Virus record (IMG/VR): IMGVR_UViG_3300009514_000515
Span: 1 to 64,000 of that record
Origin: a virus
Length of the DNA stretch: 64,000 nucleotides
Direction: 5' to 3' (one strand)
The notes under the pieces are model-generated. The model saw only the letters and a program-made list of their open reading frames with translations. It searched no databases and had not been told where the DNA came from. Positions within the stretch are counted from its first letter, which is position 1; every line of letters begins with the position of its first letter. This document shows, piece by piece, positions 57,713 through 64,000 of the stretch. The position numbers were made by a program, and so were the translations under genes.

Positions 57713-58158
57713 CAGCTCTTGCCCCGGAGCTTCACTAGAAGATCGCGTAGAGCAGTCGCTCTTTGCTGCAACGCTTCCACCTTCCCCGTCCCACCCCGAT
57801 CTCGGTCCCGGAGATGGGCCACCACTACCTGTGAGTGGTGACCCTCCAGGAAAAGTAGGGGTACTTCGACGTCTTGGATGAACCAACGCCGACCATCCCT
57901 GCTCAGAACTCCTATCTGAGTGAACAACAGAAGCTCCGCTGGCTCCTTATGGTGTCCCGCCGGACACTCTGAAGGCTCCCAAAGACATGACCCCTGACCC
58001 CAACGCTTCGTCTGAGGAGGGGCTGGAGGCTGATGACATACGTGGACCGCCACCCGACGGCCTTCATAGCCTGCCATGAGTTCGGTCACGTTGACGTCAG
58101 TTCCGTCTTCCTGAATGAGGATGTTGCCCTCTTCGAGGAAGGCAACACCGCTCGCCAT
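57712..58158 (-). CDS. Hypothetical protein
   Basis: 148-aa ORF with WGQGSCLW...CPAGHH. Confidence 0.6.
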   Translation of the reverse strand: MASGVAFLEEGNILIQEDGTDVNVTELMAGYEGRRVAVHVCHQPPAPPQTKRWGQGSCLWEPSECPAGHHKEPAELLLFTQIGVLSRDGRRWFIQDVEVPLLFLEGHHSQVVVAHLRDRDRGGTGKVEALQQRATALRDLLVKLRGKS

Positions 58159-58197
58159 CGACACTCTCGGCTCCAAGGGACACCTCCTCAACCCGTA

Positions 58198-58227
58198 TAT
58201 ACGACATTGGAGAGGAAAGTGGACCCC
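58198..58227 (-). promoter_or_regulatory. Repeated phage promoter-like motif, copy 3
   Basis: GGGGTCCACTTTCCTCTCCAATGTCGTATA; same spacing as copies 1 and 2. Confidence 0.6.
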
Positions 58228-58413
58228 CTTAACCTAGAAGTGAAGAACCTTGAGGCCGTCGTAAAAAGCCTGGTGTGACGTACGAGCACTCGAATTCTGC
58301 CTCCGAGATCATTCGGTATCGCATCTCGCTCCTTCCTGCCACCTCTGCTCCTTCTCTGCCATGTTGAAAGAGCTGTCACGTCACAGGACCACGACGACTC
58401 AGTCGACCGGCCT

Positions 58414-60483
58414 TCACACTGCCAGAGCCGCTGTCGATCCGTTTCGTAGTTGCTCGAGACCGTGGAACACCGCCCGCTTCACGTTCAGTGAGAGTATCTT
58501 GAAGTGCGCCGAGAGATTCACCCTCTCCCTCCCTCGAACTCTCAGATTTCCACCGCCGTGCCGCCCCTTGAACTCATGATTTGTGGCCTCGATCGAACTC
58601 CGCGCTCGGTACTCGTCTTTGAACGCCCCCGTCTGTTGCTCCACCTGTCGCACTGCAGTAGCGAGTTGATGCGGTCCGCGTCGGAGCGTCCGCCGTCCAT
58701 CGCTGAGCTTTCGCGTCGGGCAGAGCCCTGCAAGTCCGCACTCAGCGCATGCCTCGGCCCCGAATGTGGCGGTCAGGCCCCGGCGATGTTGGGTCTGCTC
58801 CACTGGGCGGTGTCCTGTTGGGCAACTCTCTACCAGCTCGAATGTCGAGCTGAAGGCGAACTCTGCAAGTTCGAGGTCCTCATCAGTCCCATCACTATAT
58901 TCTCTGCTTTCCGGTCGCATCGTGGTTTCGTCGAACGGGTCGCGGCGACTCTCACCCTTGTGCGGATCACGAACTGGCGCGACCAATCGCACTCCCCTCT
59001 TCGCGCTGTTCACGATATTGGCACCGCTTCCATACCCAGTGTCTGCGAGGATTTCAGTCGGCGACATCTGGTCCCGTTCCAGCTGGTTGAGCATCGGAAT
59101 CAGCGCTTTCTGGTCCGACTCGTGCGCGCCGTTGAGCGCTACTCCCGTCACCAATTGATAGGGGTTGCCACCAGCACAGGTCTCGCTGAGCTGAAGCTCA
59201 TAGCCTTTGCCCTTGTGGCCATATGTCGCATCCAAATCGTGGGGGCTCTGCAGCGAAGTGCTTTGCACCGTCTCTGGGTCCCGAAGTTGGACTCGACGAG
59301 TTCGTCCACTCCGACGGCCGAGCTTGCGTCGATTCTTTGCCTTGCGCTTGGGCTTGCGGGACAGCGGGCTTGCCTCACTCCCGCCCAATCCGGCTGCGTC
59401 GGCCTCATCGGCCTCGTCGGCCTCGTCGGCTTCGTCGGCTTCGTCGGCCTCGTCGGCTTCGTCGGCTTCGTCGGCCTCGTCGGCTTCGTCGGCTTCGTCG
59501 GCCTCGTCGGCTTCGTCGGCCTCGTCGGCTTCGTCGGCCTCGTCGGCCTCGTCGGCCTTGTCGGCTTCGTCGGCCTTGTCGGCTTCGTCGGCCTCTTCGG
59601 CCTCGTCGGCCTCGTCGGTGAACTCACTCACCTTGGCCTCCGGCTCGGACCGGGAGCGGACTTTTACGGGGTCAACCGTGCCCGCAGAGCCGGCGCAACC
59701 ACCTTCATCGTACGGCTCATCGATGAGTTCGCACTGCTCCTCGAAGAGCCGAACCAGGAGCGAATAGGCTCCAAGCGTCGACACGAGCTCGTCGCCTCGG
59801 AACATCTCGATCAGCTCATAGAGGTCCTGCGCAACGATCCCGAGACGCCGCTTGGCTTGGCTGCGTTTGGCGTCACAGAAGTAGCCCTCGCGGTCGAGAT
59901 ACCGCTTGAGAGTGATCGGCTCCAGGACCGAGAGTCGCCCAGGCGTCTCCTTGCGGACTTCGCGCAGGAATTTCGAGATGGTCTCGACGAAGAGCGTCAG
60001 TCGCGAGAGCACCGCGATGTTGGACATGATGTGAGTCGAGTCGAGCCGCTGGAGTGCCCAGGAGACGCCATCGGCCTCAGCGAGGGCGCGTGTCAGCTGG
60101 GCAAACATAGTCTCCACACGGTCGTTTTTGGCGGCACGGACGCGGAAGTTGTGCAGGCTCTTCTGGCAGCTGTGGGCGGACTCAGGCTCGACAGCCAGCG
60201 CGTAGTGCCACTGGAGATTGTACTCCAGCTGCTCCAGGACTTGCTCGTCGGTCAGGTCATTGAGCTCCTTGAGCAAGTGCAAACTCACCAGAAGACGGAT
60301 AGACATATTGGGGCGGCCCGTCCCGTCACTGAACGCACTCCGGAAGACCAGCTCGTCGATGAGCGGAAGCACAGTGTGGCGGAAGACATGGGCCCAGGAT
60401 TCCTTCAGGCGCTTGGTCTTCTTCGGCGAGAGAAGATACTGCGCTTCGAGAAGAGAGAGTTGGGGGTCGGTCTCACGAAACAT
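58414..60483 (-). CDS. DDE transposase with inserted (DEA)n tract
   Basis: [38 protein letters not shown]. Confidence 0.9.
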   Translation of the reverse strand: MFRETDPQLSLLEAQYLLSPKKTKRLKESWAHVFRHTVLPLIDELVFRSAFSDGTGRPNMSIRLLVSLHLLKELNDLTDEQVLEQLEYNLQWHYALAVEPESAHSCQKSLHNFRVRAAKNDRVETMFAQLTRALAEADGVSWALQRLDSTHIMSNIAVLSRLTLFVETISKFLREVRKETPGRLSVLEPITLKRYLDREGYFCDAKRSQAKRRLGIVAQDLYELIEMFRGDELVSTLGAYSLLVRLFEEQCELIDEPYDEGGCAGSAGTVDPVKVRSRSEPEAKVSEFTDEADEAEEADEADKADEADKADEADEADEADEADEADEADEADEADEADEADEADEADEADEADEADEADEADAAGLGGSEASPLSRKPKRKAKNRRKLGRRSGRTRRVQLRDPETVQSTSLQSPHDLDATYGHKGKGYELQLSETCAGGNPYQLVTGVALNGAHESDQKALIPMLNQLERDQMSPTEILADTGYGSGANIVNSAKRGVRLVAPVRDPHKGESRRDPFDETTMRPESREYSDGTDEDLELAEFAFSSTFELVESCPTGHRPVEQTQHRRGLTATFGAEACAECGLAGLCPTRKLSDGRRTLRRGPHQLATAVRQVEQQTGAFKDEYRARSSIEATNHEFKGRHGGGNLRVRGRERVNLSAHFKILSLNVKRAVFHGLEQLRNGSTAALAV
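59401..59616. repeat. 9-bp minisatellite, about 24 units (ggcYtcgtc), encoding Asp-Glu-Ala
   Basis: Read directly; no spacers. Confidence 0.95.
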
Positions 60484-60580
60484 CGTTCACTCCAGCATCG
60501 GTCGGTCTCCTTCGAGGATCTCACAGTGAGCTCGTCGGGTCGATCCCTGATCAACCGGCTGGCGACTTTTTACGAGGGTC

Positions 60581-62767
60581 TCAACCTTGAGATGCCATCT
60601 CCCCCCCATAATCGCCAAACCGATCTGGTTCCGTAGGACAAATCCCGCTTTCGCAAGCAAGGTGATCAGGGTCATATGCCTCACGGTCGAACCGACGAAT
60701 CGCAACCATGTAGGAGTCATAGACCTCTTTCGAAATCCTCTCCTCAGGCAAATACACGTAGGCCGAGGCATCTTCCTGAGGCATCACCGAACAAGCTCGT
60801 ACCGTAGGCTGGTTGCGCAGAATTGACCCCATGTAGTCCTCGTAGGACACCTCCCTAGGGTCGTACTTCAGCGTATAGGAGACGTTGTTCCCCTTGGGGC
60901 CAATCCAGTATTTCTCCAGAAGTCTGAGCCACTCGAAGTGCTGGTCAGGAGAGGGTTCGCCCGCGCAGACCACTTCGCTACCCATGAGATCAGCTATGGG
61001 CATGGAGGTGGGGAATCCCACGACGACCCGGCCCGAGTACTGACTGCTGATGTCTTTGACCGGATAACCCCGGAGTCGATGGTCTTGGACCTCTGGCGAG
61101 TCCGCGGAAAACTGAACCCACCGCATGTAGTGGGCGTAGGCCGGGAGGTGGGCACCTTCAGTGCAACTACACACCTTACTCACAGTCCCGCTCGGTTTGA
61201 TGGTGGTCACTGTGTGTGGGACCGAGAGCCCTCGGGCCTTGCTGTATTGGCTGGCTTCGTCCTCAGCAAGAGTGCGCAACTCAGCGAGGAAGCCCCAGAA
61301 GGGCTGGGATTTGCTCTCATCAATGAGATCCCAGAAGGTGTAGCCGAAGTGTTTCCAGGCGAACTCATGGATGCCTGTGAGACCCACGCCGATACGGTTG
61401 GTGCGCTTCACCTCCGCGTCGTAGAAGAAGGTCATCGTGTTGGTGCGGATCAGGAACTGGGCCATCAGTCTGGCAGCGTCCCGAGCTTCGTCAAGATGCT
61501 GGACAAGGGCCAGGCAGATGTCACCGATTACACAGTAACCCCCCCACACGGCCAGGACGATCTCACCGCATGGATTAACGAGGAATGGAAACATCTTGCG
61601 CTTGGCGTACTCCAGCACAGAGCCCATCATCTCATGGGTTCGTAGATGGAGGTTGAGAGGCTTGAGGGAATTTTCCTTCACCATCGTCTCTGGGGTGATG
61701 TTATCTACTCCCTCGTTGTTCCAAGCCATGCGAGAGACCACCAGAGCACCAGGCTCCCCCGTCTCATCGAAATACCCGGCGGAACACATGGCCTCGAACA
61801 CGCGTCGGGCATGACTCGGCGCAGGAGACCTTGCCCTCTCCCAGAACTCCTCGTCTGTGGAGACAGAGTTGTTGGCCGTGTAGAGCCACCCACCCCTCTT
61901 GAGATCGATGAAATCGATGATGTCGCGGTCGCGCCAGGTCTTGACAGCGATCCTTGCAGATCGACGGATGCCCCCGAGGGCCACACAGTCACTGAGGTAG
62001 TGGTCGATGAACATCGCCTGTTTCCAGGGGCGCATGCCGGCCCCTTTGATAGAGGCGACCTTCATGAGTGCCTCAATGAGAGGCACCGGACCTGACGCGG
62101 GCCGTCCCTGCTGACCGAGTATCGGGGAGTCCCTCCTCCGTACAGGAGTGAAGTCGAAGATGAATAGCTTGTTCGCATGTTTGGCCTGCCAGGCAGCTGT
62201 CTCCAGGATCTCCACGACCTTGGCCCAGCCCTCAGCAGAATCTCCTACAGCAAACCAGCGAACATCCTCTGACTCGGAGTCATATTTGTGCTGCGCCGCC
62301 TGGAGGGTCTCGATCCAGGGCTCGTAGTCGGGGTGCCCACCGGTGTTCGTCTTAGGGTCAGGACCTTCCAAGACGAACCGCACATTAGGCATGTTGTCCC
62401 AGTTCACTCGACATAGGTCGCCGTCGTAGCATCGACCGACACCACTCCCCTTCAGGAGGAGCCAGAACTTGGTGAAGCTGAACATGGCCGTGGTACAATT
62501 GCAGTAGATCTCTCCGATCTTCTTCGACTGATTCCGGTCCCCGTGCTGAAGATGTCTGCCACTAAAGGGCATGACACCAGCCCGAGCCAGCCCCAGTGTA
62601 CGACTGTAGTCCACCGTCGATGCTGTTTCGTCCAGGGAGAAATTACCCTCGACCACCTCGGCAACCCGCTCCCCCCAGCTCTGAAAAGAACCGTCCGCTT
62701 TTCGGCGGCTGTACTTATTCTCGAAAATGGACCGGGGCATACCTTCGGCGACCGAAAATGTCCGCAT
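60581..62767 (-). CDS. nrdJ: Class II (adenosylcobalamin-dependent) ribonucleotide reductase
   Basis: [36 protein letters not shown]-terminal CESGICP; AGAGGA RBS before MRTFS. Confidence 0.9.
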   Translation of the reverse strand: MRTFSVAEGMPRSIFENKYSRRKADGSFQSWGERVAEVVEGNFSLDETASTVDYSRTLGLARAGVMPFSGRHLQHGDRNQSKKIGEIYCNCTTAMFSFTKFWLLLKGSGVGRCYDGDLCRVNWDNMPNVRFVLEGPDPKTNTGGHPDYEPWIETLQAAQHKYDSESEDVRWFAVGDSAEGWAKVVEILETAAWQAKHANKLFIFDFTPVRRRDSPILGQQGRPASGPVPLIEALMKVASIKGAGMRPWKQAMFIDHYLSDCVALGGIRRSARIAVKTWRDRDIIDFIDLKRGGWLYTANNSVSTDEEFWERARSPAPSHARRVFEAMCSAGYFDETGEPGALVVSRMAWNNEGVDNITPETMVKENSLKPLNLHLRTHEMMGSVLEYAKRKMFPFLVNPCGEIVLAVWGGYCVIGDICLALVQHLDEARDAARLMAQFLIRTNTMTFFYDAEVKRTNRIGVGLTGIHEFAWKHFGYTFWDLIDESKSQPFWGFLAELRTLAEDEASQYSKARGLSVPHTVTTIKPSGTVSKVCSCTEGAHLPAYAHYMRWVQFSADSPEVQDHRLRGYPVKDISSQYSGRVVVGFPTSMPIADLMGSEVVCAGEPSPDQHFEWLRLLEKYWIGPKGNNVSYTLKYDPREVSYEDYMGSILRNQPTVRACSVMPQEDASAYVYLPEERISKEVYDSYMVAIRRFDREAYDPDHLACESGICPTEPDRFGDYGGEMASQG

Positions 62768-62896
62768 GGATTCCTCTGAAACAGAGCCGGATTGAAGCAA
62801 AAATAAACCCCCACTACCGGCACTCGCAGGGGAATCCACCCTTAGTTTTTGAACCACTAAGGACGAGGTATCGAACGCCTATCATCCCCGCTACCA

Positions 62897-63880
62897 CTAG
62901 CGCGTACCGATCTCACGACAGGCCCTCAGGAGACCTGCACAGAATCTGAGCCAGGGAGACACGCTGCCCTTGAGGACACCCCTCTCGGCCCGTCTCAGGG
63001 TTCCCATAAGCTCGAAAAGACGACGACGGCTCCACCGCTTCGCGACGGGCAGCAACTTGTTCTTGTGATACCAGGAGTTGAGGTTGAGATCGGAGGCTGC
63101 TTCCCCTGGTGACACCCCCTTCTCGTGTAGATCAGCAACGGCCAACCACTTGGTCAGCGAGGGATACATGAACCCGACGACTTTCATCGTCGGGTCTCCT
63201 GGGTGAGTACGCCCGACCCAGGAGAGCTGACGAGACACCCGGCGCACGTTCGCCGTACCGACGGCGTCAATAAGGGGCTGCACCCCTGAGGCCTCGACCT
63301 GGGAGACAACACCCCAGACGTGCTTCGTCGTGGCTTCCTCCTCTCCTCGGGCTTCCAGGAGGGTGCAGAGCTTGAATACCTCCCAGTGCAGAATCCCGAG
63401 GTTGGGACCGACGACGCTCACCAGTATCTCGGCCGCCTCCACAGGAAGACTCTTGCCCCTCTCCTTGGTCTCCTCGACACACATGCGGACGGCATCGTCA
63501 GGCTGCTTGAAGAACGGTGGCAAAGCGAACCGCTGATGGAGACTCTTCGGAAGGACTGTCACCAACTTCGCGAAAGTCCCTGACTTCTTCGGGGCACCCT
63601 CATTGACCACAGCCAGGGTGACCCCCGGCTGTGGGTCGTGATAGTGGTCGAGGATAGTGTCCACGTCGGCCTTGTCCGGTTGACTGACCAGGACCAGCTC
63701 CTTGCTCTCGAACAGCACCGACCCGGAGATGGCGTTCACGAGGTCGAGGTGGTCGCCCCCCTCGACCCAGGTCACCTGGTAGCCCTCTGACAGAAGGCCT
63801 CTCTCCAGAGAGAGGACGGCCTGGCGCCGGCGATACTCGTCCGTCCCCGAGAACAGAACCACAGGAAACTCACGAGCCAC
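62897..63880 (-). CDS. holA: DNA polymerase III delta subunit
   Basis: VVLFSGTDEYRR, SVLFESKELV, LVSVVGPNLGILHWEVFKL, AERGVLKG; GAGGTG RBS and GTG. Confidence 0.8.
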   Translation of the reverse strand: MAREFPVVLFSGTDEYRRRQAVLSLERGLLSEGYQVTWVEGGDHLDLVNAISGSVLFESKELVLVSQPDKADVDTILDHYHDPQPGVTLAVVNEGAPKKSGTFAKLVTVLPKSLHQRFALPPFFKQPDDAVRMCVEETKERGKSLPVEAAEILVSVVGPNLGILHWEVFKLCTLLEARGEEEATTKHVWGVVSQVEASGVQPLIDAVGTANVRRVSRQLSWVGRTHPGDPTMKVVGFMYPSLTKWLAVADLHEKGVSPGEAASDLNLNSWYHKNKLLPVAKRWSRRRLFELMGTLRRAERGVLKGSVSPWLRFCAGLLRACREIGTR

Positions 63881-64000
63881 GGAACACCTCACAGGCGCTG
63901 AGGAGGGCGTGAGAGACGCCTATCTTGGAGGGGTTCGTGAAGGCCATCTCCGGCCGAAGACGTTCCCAAACCGCCAGGGCAGAGAGGTCTCCCTTCTGAA

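Larger units (their letters stand above)
58252..60582 (-). mobile_element. Insertion sequence (IS1182/IS5-like), 2331 bp
   Basis: 17-bp IRs GAGGCCGTCGTAAAAAG / GAGACCCTCGTAAAAAG; direct repeat AACCTT at 58246-58251 and 60583-60588. Confidence 0.93.

Noticed and set aside
59401-59616. Repeat array as a possible CRISPR
   Set aside because: 9-bp units with no spacers, in frame inside the transposase; no cas operon (the 47909-48910 nuclease is a stand-alone RecB/Cas4-like gene)
58504-60636. 710-aa plus-strand ORF and other long plus-strand ORFs (8985-10061, 10955-12622, 12619-13899, 34753-35841)
   Set aside because: Antisense shadows of GC-rich minus-strand genes; no recognisable motifs or RBS
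63869-64000. 3' end of an upstream gene (possibly holB-like)
   Set aside because: Only ~43 codons visible with no diagnostic motif

Overview
The window is a 64-kb segment of a large, GC-rich tailed dsDNA phage or prophage. Essentially every real gene is on the minus strand. Reading in the direction of transcription (right to left) there are four blocks. (1) A bacterial-style replication/recombination module: holA, class II RNR nrdJ, recD2, SSB, ruvC, recA, a split SbcC plus SbcD, a RecB/Cas4-like nuclease, dnaN, primase and dnaX. (2) A transcription cassette: an Mrr_N-NusG fusion and a tandem sigma-70 region-4 protein. (3) A virion/head module: beta-helix protein, Dps fusion, terminase, portal, a 2H-phosphoesterase-topoisomerase IB fusion, a two-intein prohead protease, scaffold, decoration protein and major capsid protein. 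(4) An accessory block: a LAGLIDADG-DNA methyltransferase fusion, tRNA-Ile2(CAU), peptide deformylase, GIY-YIG nuclease and small paralogues. Two foreign insertions are present. One is an IS1182-like element (17-bp IRs, AACCTT target duplication) in the last codons of nrdJ. The other is a ~5.2-kb captured defence island that splits a phage gene; only its type III Mod methyltransferase is intact. Non-coding signals include a thrice-repeated promoter (GGGTCCA-N14-TGTCGTATA) and a duplicated SD-occluding hairpin leader. A shared RVAxxY peptide recurs in head-module proteins. No CRISPR array or rRNA was seen. All functional calls come from motif recognition by eye; no database searches were run.
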